The notes: generated by a model not told the origin, from the sequence alone. A DNA stretch of 64,000 nt from Octopus bimaculoides (GCF_001194135.2 NC_068996.1:36402831-36466830), one strand, 5' to 3'; shown: positions 50,591 through 62,645, counted from the stretch's first letter. Numbers and translations: made by a program.

Positions 50591-51894
50591 ATGTGTTGTT
50601 GCTTAGCCTAAACTTGGCATCATCATGGTATCTAATGAGATTTTTTTTACTTAAGACTGTTGTAATGAGATTCAAGGGAGATTCGGTTGCTATATGTAGC
50701 AAAATGAGGTTCCATGTAGCAGTATCATCATTGTCCTCTGCATGTATGTATTTGTGTGTGTATCATCATCATCATCATCATCATCGTTTAACGTCCGCTT
50801 TNNNNNNNNNNNNNNNNNNNNNNNNNNNNNNNNNNNNNNNNNNNNNNNNNNNNNNNNNNNNNNNNNNNNNNNNNNNNNNNNNNNNNNNNNNNNNNNNNNN
50901 NNNNNNNNNNNNNNNNNNNNNNNNNNNNNNNNNNNNNNNNNNNNNNNNNNNNNNNNNNNNNNNNNNNNNNNNNNNNNNNNNNNNNNNNNNNNNNNNNNNN
51001 NNNNNNNNNNNNNNNNNNNNNNNNNNNNNNNNNNNNNNNNNNNNNNNNNNNNNNNNNNNNNNNNNNNNNNNNNNNNNNNNNNNNNNNNNNNNNNNNNNNN
51101 NNNNNNNNNNNNNNNNNNNNNNNNNNNNNNNNNNNNNNNNNNNNNNNNNNNNNNNNNNNNNNNNNNNNNNNNNNNNNNNNNNNNNNNNNNNNNNNNNNNN
51201 NNNNNNNNNNNNNNNNNNNNNNNNNNNNNNNNNNNNNNNNNNNNNNNNNNNNNNNNNNNNNNNNNNNNNNNNNNNNAAAAAAAAAAAAAAAAAAAAAGAG
51301 AGAGAGAGAGAGAATTTATTAGCCAAAATGAGATAAACGAAGAAAGAAACAGCTATGTATTTCATATTGTTTCATCTCATGATGTACAATATGAGAACAT
51401 CGTTAGAATGAAAGATTTCTTAAGCTGATTATCAAAGGAGCAGCACTATAATTAGTGCACAAGGAATATAAGATAGGGTTAAGGCCATACAGGCATTCAA
51501 TATGCTCTAGATACTGTAACCCTGAAATGAAACCTTGCAGCGAGAAGTGAGGTGTTGTGTGGGAATTCTGTCGGTAAGATGGAAAATATTCCAGCCAGAG
51601 TCACTTCCTTTAAAAAATTATCATGTGACATGATCACACACACACACACGTGTGTGTGTATGTATACTGTAAGTGTATGTGTCATCAAATGATTGACACA
51701 AATCTCCATATAATTCAAACATTATGATGTTACTTTAGTGTGCAATGCATTGTATTTACTGTAAAGTGTTTCTTGGAGCCAAGAAAGGATTCTTACCACA
51801 ATGATATCTCATGATAGGATCAGTTAGATGTCTCAAAGTACAGTTATGTGTCCCATAGGATGATCAAATGCCCCCCCCCCCCAGTTTAGTGATA

Positions 51895-52195
51895 TGACTC
51901 ACAAGACAATCATATCTCCCATACAGCAGTGACATATCCTTTAATATGGTCAGGTGTCTCATAGAGATGTGAATTGCCCTATAGTATGGCCAGATCTCCC
52001 ACAAAGCAGAGGTATGTCCTATAATATGGTCAGATGTCTTATAGAGATGTGACATGCTCTATAGTATGGTCAGTGGTTTCATAGAGCACTGACATATCCT
52101 ATAATATAGTCAGATATCCCATGGTGATGTGATATGTCTTATAGTATGGTCAGATATCCCATAGAAATGTGACATCTACAGTATGGTCAGATTCT
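51895..52195. repeat. 40-bp minisatellite (about 7 copies) built from two ~20-bp subunits
   Basis: tatggtcag-type anchor at about 51945, 51985, 52025, 52065, 52105, 52145 and 52182. Confidence 0.85.
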
Positions 52196-53340
52196 GACCA
52201 TGGCTATCCAGCCATTTTCATTTTCATTTCAGGCATAGTAATGTTTAGTTCTTAAGCATTTATACTAGTCATACCTGGTCAAAATATTCTGCCTGTTTTG
52301 TGTTCAAACCAACCAGATCTTGCCTCTCACACCTACCTTATAATGTCATTCTAAAAGTATAGGCACAAGTATGGCTGTGTGGTAAGCAGCTTGCTTCTCA
52401 ACCACATGGTCCTGGGTTCAGTCCTTCTGCATGGCACCTTGGGCAAGTGTGTTCTACTGTAGCCTTGGGCTGACTAAAGCCTTGTGACTGGATTCACATC
52501 ATTGAAATCTCGAAGCTATGAGATAATGCATGATTAATTCAAAACAATATGAATAAATTAAGCATTACATTTGACAGAGTAATCTGAATGCTAGACGGTT
52601 AGACTACATTATCAAATGTATCTTTTTTTTTTTTTTCTTTTCTTAATATGATGGGATGTCATTTGAGAAAAATATAATTGTTATTTCTGGCAAATGGAGC
52701 AACCTCTTAGAGAGAGTGACAAATTGGTTTCAAGCATCTTGTTGGCTTGAAACCAATTTGGTGCCGTTCCTCATATCTTGTAGCCTGTTGATGATGACTT
52801 TAATTTATTTTCCAACTCACCAGATTTTTGTTATTGTACACCAACANNNNNNNNNNNNNNNNNNNNNNNNNNNNNNNNNNNNNNNNNNNNNNNNNNNNNN
52901 NNNNNNNNNNNNNNNNNNNNNNNNNNNNNNNNNNNNNNNNNNNNNNNNNNNNNNNNNNNNNNNNNNNNNNNNNNNNNNNNNNNNNNNNNNNNNNNNNNNN
53001 NNNNNNNNNNNNNNNNNNNNNNNNNNNNNNNNNNNNNNNNNNNNNNNNNNNNNNNNNNNNNNNNNNNNNNNNNNNNNNNNNNNNNNNNNNNNNNNNNNNN
53101 NNNNNNNNNNNNNNNNNNNNNNNNNNNNNNNNNNNNNNNNNNNNNNNNNNNNNNNNNNNNNNNNNNNNNNNNNNNNNNNNNNNNNNNNNNNNNNNNNNNN
53201 NNNNNNNNNNNNNNNNNNNNNNNNNNNNNNNNNNNNNNNNNNNNNNNNNNNNNNNNNNNNNNNNNNNNNNNNNNNNNNNNNNNNNNNNNNNNNNNNNNNN
53301 NNNNNNNNNNNNNNNNNNNNNNNNNNNNNNNNNNNNNNNN

Positions 53341-53392
<52 letters not shown>

Positions 53393-53627
53393 ATACATAT
53401 ATACATACATGTATACATATATACATACATACATACATGTAATACATGCCACATGTCTAGGTTTAAGTAATTAATCACATGACTTATTAATTATAAGATA
53501 CTGTCTATGATGTAGATTCATAACAATGAGGATGGATTACTTCTATTATTGTAAAGATTCTCTCAATAAGATCAATGGTAAATCTGTTGGAATAAATGCA
53601 TGGAATGTGTGTGCGTGTATGTTTTAG

Positions 53628-54115
53628 CCACAGGTGTGGCTGTGTGGTAAGAGGTTTACTTTCCAACCACATAGTTCTGGGTTCAATCCCACTGAGTGGC
53701 ACTTTGGGTAAGTGTTTTCTTCTATATATTGCTCTGGGCGTGAGAGAATTTGTTACACAGAAACTGTGTGGTAAGAAGCTCGCTTCCCAACCACATAGTT
53801 CTGGGTTCAGTCCCACCACATGACACCTTGGGCAAGTGTCTTCTACAATAGCCTTGGGCTGACCAAAGCCTTGAGAGTGGATTTGATAGATGGGAATGGA
53901 AAGAAGTCTGTTGTGTGTATGTGTGTATATATGTATGTATGTATGTAGATATATGTGTATGTATTTGTGTGTTGGTGTGTTTTCATCCCCATAACTTAGC
54001 AGTTCAGCAAAAGAACCAATAGAATAAGTACTAAGCTTACAAAGAATAAGTCCTTGGGTCGATTTGTTTGACTAAAGGCATGGTTCAGTCAAATGACTGA
54101 AACGAAAGAATATTT
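53628..54115 (+). mobile_element. SINE family A with an extra upstream head
   Basis: Two heads (53628 and ~53765) followed by the body. Confidence 0.8.
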
Positions 54116-54189
54116 TAGCAAGTGGTATTATATACCCTACTTAATCTTAATTACCATATATACATATATATNNNNNNNNNNNNNNNNNN

Positions 54190-54251
<62 letters not shown>

Positions 54252-54409
54252 GATGGGAGGGTGAGAGGGAACAAGGGTAGGACTTATCAGATCTGGGACC
54301 TGACCAGAATGTTAGCAACAGAGTGAATTTTGCTAAAGGCATCCAAGAACCAAGATTGGTGTGGCATGGTGGTAAGCTGGGTATGAAATTAACTGTAAAC
54401 CTTGTATTA

Positions 54410-55050
54410 TATCATTATCATCCATCATTGTCATCATCACCACCATCACTATGATTGTTATCATCATCATCATTATAATGATGATTGTCATCATCGATTT
54501 TAGACCTGTTTTTCCATGAATGTGAGGTTTGAAGTGGTCTTCCCTGCCATTGTATCTCCCTATTTTTTTCAGCCCTTCAACATCTCATTGGTGATGTCAG
54601 TCCCCTGAAACAAGTTTTTAAATCTCTCATTGTCTTCTTTGGTCTTCATCTTAGACAGGTGTTCTTACCAATTCTTTAACTAACAGACGTAATTCATGTG
54701 CGTCACATACATATATCCCTCGTCTCCTTTCTTGAACACCACATCTGATTCCTCTCATACCCAGTTTCCTCCCTCAACATATTTGAGCTCCACCATTCAT
54801 TTACTCTCATATTACAACATCCAATGCTTGCTTTATTTCATTCCTCTACATTCTGCCCTTCTCTTACAGAAAACTGGTAACACTTGTAAATGGTGAGGGT
54901 AATAACTCCATTAATTTTTCCAACCTCATTCTTTCTCTCTTTACTATATTTTCAGAAACCCCAACTCCTCTGCCAATTAGGTCACCTAGATAGCAGAAGT
55001 TATCAGCTATATCTAGAGGGTTTTTCAAGCAATCATGCATGCATATTTTC
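54410..55050 (-). mobile_element. RTE-clade LINE relic with (GAT)n tail
   Basis: DIADNFCYLGDLIGRGVGVSENIVKRERMRLEKLMELLP, similar to the RTE post-RT F.YLG motif. Confidence 0.7.
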
Positions 55051-55860
55051 ATCTTAGTCTTATTCTTAGTCCCCCCTATACAGCTGGCCTGTACATCGAG
55101 CAGGAAGATGCTTCTTATCATCCTGATTTTGAGCGTAGTTGCTTGCATCTTCAGATTTTCTTTGAAGGCAATGCACCATATTTTCTTGGATCTTCCTCTT
55201 TTCCTTCATCCTTCTGGTGGTACCCATTATATTACTGTCTTGGATATTCATCAGTCTGGGAAACATAGCTTGCAAGTCTTTCTCTTCTTTCTACCATAAT
55301 CTCTTATATGTTGTGCAGATTGACTCTTCTCAAGACTTCTGAGCAATCTGTAAGCAATCTTTAGTATTGTAATGCATTCAACCTCCAAGTAATCTTTGCT
55401 GTCATTTTCAAAGTTTCCTCTGCAAAGACTACTGTTAGCAGGACAACGCTCTGGTACTTCATACTGTTGCTAATCAGACTGCTGGCCCAGATCTTGTTCA
55501 TTCCTCTGAACACTGCTGTTGCATGCCCAGTTCTGGAGTTGACATCTGCCTCAGTTCCCTCCTCTGTACCAATAATGCTGACCAGGCAGGTGTGGGGGTC
55601 TTCAATAGGTTCTTGGTTCATAAAAATTTCTGTCTCTTCTTGCTCACTAACATGAATCTAATTGGTTTTTCTCTGAACTGATCCTTAGGCATGCTTTTCT
55701 ACCTCTTCAGCCAATTTGGTCATCATATACTGGAAAACTGAGTGTGACTCTGCCAGAAGCACAGTGCCATTGACATAGTCCAGATCAGATCTGTTTGGCA
55801 TTTGTCTGCAGTTCATTGAATTCTGGCAGTAGGTCCATTCATGGCTCTCTACATGACAAA
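55051..55860 (-). mobile_element. Second RTE-clade LINE relic with CTAAG-type tail
   Basis: TCLVSIIGTEEGTEADVNSRTGHATAVFRGMNKIW and EVLRRVNLHNI, typical RTE ORF C-terminal blocks; gactaagaataagactaag tail. Confidence 0.75.
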
Positions 55861-57030
55861 GTTGGCACTGTGTATGTGTGTGTGTAGTTTTTGGAGTTCT
55901 ATGAAATGTTTGCTAATACTATCTTGAAATACCAGCAGTTAAAATATTATGCATTATTGTTTAAACTGACTTTCTGTAACTTTAATAGAATCGTTAAACC
56001 AGAGTTTTCCAAACTTTTTGCATTGACATCATGCTTTCCAAGAATAAGGTTTTTCCTGGTACATCAAGTTTTGTTAACAAAGTCAAAAATAAAATGCCAA
56101 AAATAAAATACAAAAATGGTTCAAGGGGGATACATGAACTTGATGTGAAGGATACAGTTTTTGAATTTTTAGTGGAATAGAATATTCAATAAAGGTACCT
56201 TTGCTTCATTATTTACCATTTTTAAACTTCCCAGCTTTGGAGTCTTTAAGTTTGCCATTGTTGAAAATCCAACTTCACAAGTGTATATTGCAGAAAACTA
56301 CAAAAGAATTTTTGGAACTTTTGTAGCCTCATTGCAATGCTTTTCTGAAACATAAATCCAGAAGCTTACCAATTGTTTCTCTTTATATACATAATGACTG
56401 ACTCCTGATCAATTCTTCCCTATCTTCTGTTAGTGAAAAAAAAAATTCTTGTGGATGAAACATGGATTTTTAATCATATTCATGTACTTGGATACTTGGG
56501 AAGTTACCATATAATTTCTCCTGAAGTGATGCTAAATAATCGAAGGTTAAAGAACCTAAGTTGCACACGTCAGTTTTGACAAACATTTGAAAATGTTCTT
56601 CTCTCACTTTTCTAAATTGCCATTTTTGGTCCCTGTTACATAAATTTTATCAATAATTGTTAATTCCTCGTCACTCTTCTATGTTGTCAGTTTTGTTTGA
56701 ATGTGTTAGAAAGATATTCCAATTTTTGTATACCAAAATTCGTTACAAATTGAATCATTCAATTCTGTTTCCTGATTCTCCTGAAAAAGTTTTAACAATT
56801 TCTCTCAATTCCTATTCACAACAAACCATTTGACCACTTGATGGCCAGAAGACTTCAGCATACAAAATAAGGTTTGAAACCGTGATACCTACCTCTTCAC
56901 AAATATAGACAGAAATTCCTTGATTTGATAGGTTTATTTTTAATACAACAGACCATTTGAAAAACTTTTGCAATAATTACTTTTAATTCACTTCAAACAT
57001 TTGATGTTTCATGATAATTATATCAAAAAT

Positions 57031-57245
57031 TAAGATGGTGAGCTGGCAGAATTGTTAGCATGCTGATCAAAGTGCTTAGCAGCATTACATCTGTCTTTAC
57101 ATTCCGAGTTCAAATTCTGCTGAGGCCAACTTTGCCTTTCATCCTTTTGGGATCAATAAAAATGCATCAGTTGAGCATTGAGATTTGATATAATCAACTT
57201 ACCCCACCCAAAAGATTGCTGGCCTTGTGCCAAAATTTGAAATCA
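57031..57245 (+). mobile_element. SINE family C inserted in the hAT relic
   Basis: aagatggtgagctggcagaattgttagc...ggccttgtgccaaaatttgaaatc. Confidence 0.85.
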
Positions 57246-57464
57246 GTGATTATATCAAAAATTCCTTGGAGTATTCTATTTAATGTTTGAAGATACAATG
57301 GTGCATCAATTTATTTGGAATCATACAGTTATCCAAAGAATTCCAAATAAATTATACATCAATTTATTTGGAATCATACATTTGCAAGAACATGGCTGCA
57401 AACAAAACACTGGAGACAAGAATTTCTTACATTACTAGAATATATACAAAATCTAGTTCCAGTT

Positions 57465-57718
57465 CTATGGTTCTCAACCATTTTTTACCTATGGACCATT
57501 TTGTTCCCTATTTTACTTGGGTGAACCCTCCTAGTCATTCTATGTTTTTAAAAAAATCTATATTTCTATAATTAAATATTGTTAGGAATTGTATAAAAGA
57601 AATTGTTAAAATATTTTGTGTATAACAGAAGTATACTCAATTTATTAGAGATGAATTTTAATGACAGAATCTTATATGAATCCCCAAGGGCCATATGGAT
57701 CCTTTTTATGAGCCACTC
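57465..57718 (-). mobile_element. hAT MITE inserted in the hAT relic
   Basis: tatggttctcaaccattttt...; reverse of 42957-43222. Confidence 0.7.
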
Positions 57719-58029
57719 TTCCAGTCTAAAGAACCATTGCTATAATGCTGATGGTACTTAGAACTTTTTTCCTGTACATTTTTTTAGCCACAAAAGTGGA
57801 ATTCTCAACATTGGATTCTGAAGCAATTTCATCTGTTCACACTACATTCTGCTGATTTATCTGTATCTGTAACAGCTTTTCTTTTGTTAATCAAAAACAT
57901 CCATTTTACCATAATCAACAAAATTAACAAACAAGTATACCATATCACATGTTACTTGTCATGTGACCAATTATACTCTGGGTTGTCAAATCTCAAATAC
58001 ACTTCACAGCCTTTTACTTATGAAAATCA

Positions 58030-58440
58030 ACCACAGGTGTGGCTGCCTGGTTAGAAAGTTTATTTCCCGACCACATGGTTCTGGGTTCAGTTCCACCACA
58101 TGACACTCTGGACAAGTATCTTCTATTATAGATGGCCCTGGACAAATCAAAGCCTTATGAGTGGATTCAGTTGATGGAAACTGGAAGAAGCCTGTTGTGT
58201 ATATATATATATATATGTATGTATCTATCTATCTGTGACTGTGTTTGTTCCCCACTACCACTTGATAACCAGTTTTGGCTTATGTCCCCATAATTTAGCA
58301 GTTTGGCATAAGAATCCAGCAGAATAAGTAGGTAGCTTTAAAAAACAAATGGGGTCAGTTTGTTTAATTAAACCTTTCTAGATGTGGTTCTCCAACATGG
58401 CTACAGTCCATTGAGTGAAACAAGTAAAAGATAAAAGATA
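58030..58440 (+). mobile_element. SINE family A inserted in the hAT relic
   Basis: caggtgtggctgcctggttag head through gaaacaagtaaaagataaaagat. Confidence 0.85.
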
Positions 58441-58723
58441 TTTGAATTCTTTTTAAGACACACTTAGAGATTCCTGGCACACAACACAGAATTTGGAAAC
58501 CTCCAGGTTAAATATTTAGCAAAGAATTTCAAGAATTGTACATAATCTTTTTACTAGTTTCAGCTTGAGAGCTGCAGCCATACTGGGGCACCACTGTTAA
58601 AAATAGTCTGATATTGGGGCATATAAGCCCTCAATGGGAACAAATGGATATTAGTACGTGTTGGAATCAAATCCACACTTCTTATTTTCATGATAAGTGT
58701 GCTGGCCGATTACACCAACTTAC

Positions 58724-58749
58724 CCACCATATTTACCATTTTATTAAAG
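58724..58749 (-). CDS. Candidate 26-nt microexon, phase 2-1 (x-FNKMVNMV)
   Basis: ttatttttttcag| acceptor and TGG|GTAAGT donor; only one open frame; contains aaaATGG in a good initiation context. Confidence 0.4.
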
Positions 58750-59397
58750 CTGAAAAAAATAATCTTCACAAAGTGTTACTTAGAGTTTCACATGGTCATT
58801 CAAGCACAGAGTTTCACATGATCATTCATAGACAATTTGTAATAATACACAACTGAGTAACATTTTGTGAAGGTTTTTTTTTCTTCAGATTTAATAAAAC
58901 AGAATATTACTCTACCTTTGGTATTGAAGTACTATTTTTACCACCTTGTTTTGCACCTACATGCTTACTTGTATACACACATACACATGTATGTATGCAT
59001 GTATGTAGATATAGATACGTGTATGACTGTCTTCATGTTTGTGTATCCTTATCTTGACATCATGTGGTAGTTGCGAGATGACTGTCACTGTTTTACAGGC
59101 AGTGTCATTCGTTTTCATGTCTGGCTACAAGGAAATATTACCTTGCTTGAAAGCAAGTGAGGGTTGGCCACACGAAGAGCATCCGGCTGTAGAAAATCTT
59201 CCTCCATCCAACTCATGCAAGCGTGTAAAAGTGAACATAAAAATGATTATGATGATGAAGATGATAATATTAGTCAGTGATCTGATGTTGATTTGGCTGT
59301 TGTTTCTGGCAGTTCAAGTGATCACTCAGAAAGTGGCTCTTAATGGCTAATCTTCTAGCAGGTTGAGTGACCATGCAAACACTCCACATTGGCTCAC

Positions 59398-59408
59398 CAA
59401 GCAGGAGA
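59398..59408 (-). CDS. Candidate 11-nt microexon, phase 0-2 (SPA-C)
   Basis: tttacctgtgccacttctgcag| acceptor (UGC in the tract) and TTG|GTGAGC donor. Confidence 0.28.
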
Positions 59409-59488
59409 CTGCAGAAGTGGCACAGGTAAACAATAGCAATACAGTAGATGTCATAACAAAAAAAAAAAAGTCTTGAAGAGTGTCTTAA

Positions 59489-59560
59489 ACCTGTAATTAG
59501 TGTAATAAGATATTTCACCTGTAATTAGTGTGATAAGGTATTAGACCTGTAATTAATGTT
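59489..59560. repeat. 28-bp tandem repeat (acctgtaattagtg), 3 copies plus scattered copies to ~59710
   Basis: Anchors at 59489, 59517 and 59545. Confidence 0.75.
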
Positions 59561-59836
59561 TCCCACCTATATATGGAGCGTTTCACCTTTTCATTAGCGA
59601 CTCATATTGCTGTACAATGTTTTACACCTGTATTGGAATAAAATACCTGTGCACAAGGTATTGCACCTGTAATTTGAGTAATGTGGTGTTTTGCTGTTGT
59701 AATTAGTGTCTCACATCTGCAGAGTCCTTGTTTTGTACACCTGGTTATTCACCTGAGTGATTAGAAATTTTTAAAGTTCTTAAAAATTTTTCTTGTAGCA
59801 TTAGAGTGATTTAGTTATAAAAACTATAGGATAGTG

Positions 59837-60204
59837 CAGTGGTTCTCAACCAGGTTCCATGTAAGACTCGGTGGGGTGGGTGAAGGGTTTTCACTCAAGC
59901 AAAATAATAAACTGGAGATCTACCCTTGTATTTTAAGGGTCCAGTGTTTGTTTGGATGTATTTATTGCAAGAAACAGCTTGGTTTCTTTCTCCAGCATTT
60001 TACACAGTTCAACCTACACTTATTCTTTTACTTGTTTCAGCCATTTGACTGCAGCCTTTAGTTGAGCAAATCAACCCCAGGACTTATTCTTTGGAAGCCT
60101 AGTACTTATTCTATCAGTCTCTTTTGTCAAACTGCTAAGTTACGGGGACATAAACACACCACCATCGGTTGTCAAGCGATGTTGGGGGACAAACACAGAC
60201 ACAC

Positions 60205-60245
<41 letters not shown>

Positions 60246-60372
60246 NNNNNNNNNNNNNNNNNNNNNNNNNNNNNNNNNNNNNNNNNNNNNNNNNNNNNNN
60301 NNNNNNNNNNNNNNNNNNNNNNNNNNNNNNNNNNNNNNNNNNNNNNNNNNNNNNNNNNNNNNNNNNNNNNNN

Positions 60373-60405
<33 letters not shown>

Positions 60406-60742
60406 TACATATATACGACGGGGTTCTTTCAGTTTCCGTCTACCAAATGCATTCACAAGGCTTTGGTCGGCCCGAGGCTATAGTAGAAGACACTTGCCCA
60501 AGGTGCCACGCAGTGGGAATGAACCCGGAACAATGTGGTTGGTAAGCAAGCTACTTACCACACAGCCACTCCTACACCTATGTTGACATGTTTTTCATAC
60601 ATGTTGATGTATGAAGAACAAAATAGGAATTTTGAAAGGAGCATCTATAAAACTAGTATTTAAGCATCGAATGGCTATGGGGATTCACCAGAATAAAATA
60701 TTTAAAGGGGATGCATACATAGAAAATGGTTAAGAAACACTG
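59837..60742 (+). mobile_element. hAT MITE with 8-bp TSD, split by a SINE
   Basis: TIRs cagtggttctcaacc and ggttaagaaacactg; TSD ggatagtg / ggagagtg (7 of 8 match). Confidence 0.75.
60021..60579 (-). mobile_element. SINE family A, near full length (gap inside)
   Basis: Reverse complement of 34877-35280. Confidence 0.9.
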
Positions 60743-60837
60743 GGAGAGTGTGTTTATATGTGTGTGTGTGTGTGTGTGTATTTATCTATATCTATGAATG
60801 TGTGTATTTATTAGTGAAAGTGTTTGTGCAATGTGAA

Positions 60838-61155
60838 GGTGCATGGTTTTATGGCTAGGGACATTTGGCTTACAATTGTACAGTTTTGAATTCAGTTCCC
60901 AAGCAGTGCATTGTCTCCTTGAACAAAGTACATGATTTCCTGTCGCTTCCATCCACTCAGCTGGCCAAAATGAGTTGTAATTCGAAAAGGCCCGGCCTTG
61001 TCTCGTTCTGTGTCATGATGAATCTCCCTGAGAACTGTGTTAAAGGTTACACATGTCTGTGCAGTTCTCAGCCACTTGTACTTTAATTTCATGAGCAGGC
61101 TGTTCTGTTGATCAGATCAACATGGAATCCTCACCATAAGCAATGGAGTGCCAGT
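60838..61155 (+). mobile_element. SINE family B
   Basis: Similar to 49495-49810. Confidence 0.8.
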
Positions 61156-61263
61156 ATGTGCGCACATCTTTGTGTATATATTAGTGTATGTGTGTAAGAA
61201 GATATAAATATATGTATGTTGCTATGCACATATGTGCATATATGTATATGTAAAACATGCTTA

Positions 61264-61299
<36 letters not shown>

Positions 61300-61984
61300 T
61301 ATATGTGCACTTGTACGTATAGTATGCATACCCATGTACACATGTATGTGTATGCAAACATGTTTATCTTGTATGTATAGAACACTGACTGTGTGCTTCA
61401 GTAGATAATTTATGACACTCACCACCACCACCACCACCAGCTCCACCACTATTTACCATATTCTGGTTTTGTGCCATGTACTATACTTATCATTAGCTCA
61501 CCACTCTCAATTTGCTTCTCTCTCTTTCTCTCTCTCTTGCTCTCTCTCTTGCTCTCTCTCTTGCTCTCTTTATCTGTCTGTCTGTCTGTCTCTTTCTCTC
61601 TCTCTCTCTCAACTACTGCATATTGATGCAGTGTGCTTGTTAATTAAGTAGTAAATAAATTTACATGTGTGTGTTTAATAACCTCACATCTGGCCTTGCT
61701 TGTTAATAGACCCAGCCCCTGTAGATAAACGAGGGGCAGGGTGTGTTCGTGTGTTTGCATATGTATGTATGTGCATGTGTGTGTGTGTGTGTGTATACAT
61801 CTTTGTTGCAACTAAGAAACTAATAGTTGTTCTACAATCATATTAAGAATATTTACAATTTTATCTACAAATACTGTCTCACTGTTTTAATTAACTAATG
61901 CACATCATCAATTAATGTACCGATATGCAAATGAGCAGAAGCAGTGTCTACTGCTTATCACCTAAACAGTTACATGATACTCTC

Positions 61985-62230
61985 TTTTTCTCTTTCATCT
62001 GTCAGTCTTTATCTTGTACTTGCTTCAATCATTGGATTGCAGCCATATTGGAGTACTGCCTTGAAGAATCTTAGTCAAACAAATCAACTTCGGTACTTTT
62101 TTTCTGTTTTTTTTTTTGTTAATTCTGGTACTTATTCTATTGGTCATCTTATACTGAACCACAAGTTTACAGGGATGTAAAGAAACCAACACCAGTTGCA
62201 TGACCGTAGAGGGGGACAAACACAGTAGAT
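61985..62230 (-). mobile_element. SINE family A, diverged 3' part
   Basis: gtacttgcttcaatcattggattgcagccatattggagtactgcc body. Confidence 0.7.
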
Positions 62231-62431
62231 ATATACACTCATAGATATATACATACATGCATATGTATGTATANNNNNNNNNNNNNNNNNNNNNNNNNNN
62301 NNNNNNNNNNNNNNNNNNNNNNNNNNNNNNNNNNNNNNNNNNNNNNNNNNNNNNNNNNNNNNNNNNNNNNNNNNNNNNNNNNNNNNNNNNNNNNNNNNNN
62401 NNNNNNNNNNNNNNNNNNNNNNNNNNNNNNN

Positions 62432-62645
62432 TTTAAAAGCAACAGAAATATAACAAAAAAACCGTTACTCTGAGTTTCACGTTCCCGTTCATCGGACAGT
62501 TTTGTCCGATGAACGGGAACGTGAAACTCAGAGTAACGGTTTTTTTGTTATATTTCTGCTGCTTTTAAATAAAGCATATTACTCTACCTCTGGTATTTGA
62601 GTACTCTTTTTTCCACCCTGTTGCACATTTCATGTGCTTACTCCG
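62432..62645 (+). mobile_element. Penelope-like element terminal repeat in inverted (fold-back) arrangement
   Basis: 67-bp arms with 1 mismatch around a 4-nt loop; the right arm continues into ataaagcatattactctacc; carries a hammerhead motif. Confidence 0.65.
62458..62503 (-). ncRNA. Minimal type I hammerhead ribozyme (U4C core variant)
   Basis: AAAACUGU-CCGAUGA-ACG(GGAA)CGU-GAAA-CUCAGAG-UA-ACGGUUUU: 8-bp stem I, 3-bp stem II with GGAA tetraloop, near-palindromic stem III, GUA cleavage triplet. Confidence 0.75.

Larger units (their letters stand above)
56000..58505 (-). mobile_element. Buster/Charlie-type hAT transposon relic with three nested insertions
   Basis: Peptides CLQCFVCSHVLAN, LILYAEVFWPSSG (LLLHTEVRWLSRG-like) and FSAIYTCEVGFSTMANLKT (hAT dimerisation motif). 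TIR cagagttttccaaac and tttggaaacctcca; flanks cgtTAaac and ggtTAaat. Confidence 0.8.

Noticed and set aside
51495-51610. Exon-like segments on both strands
   Set aside because: Mutually overlapping candidates with mediocre sites; indistinguishable from noise.
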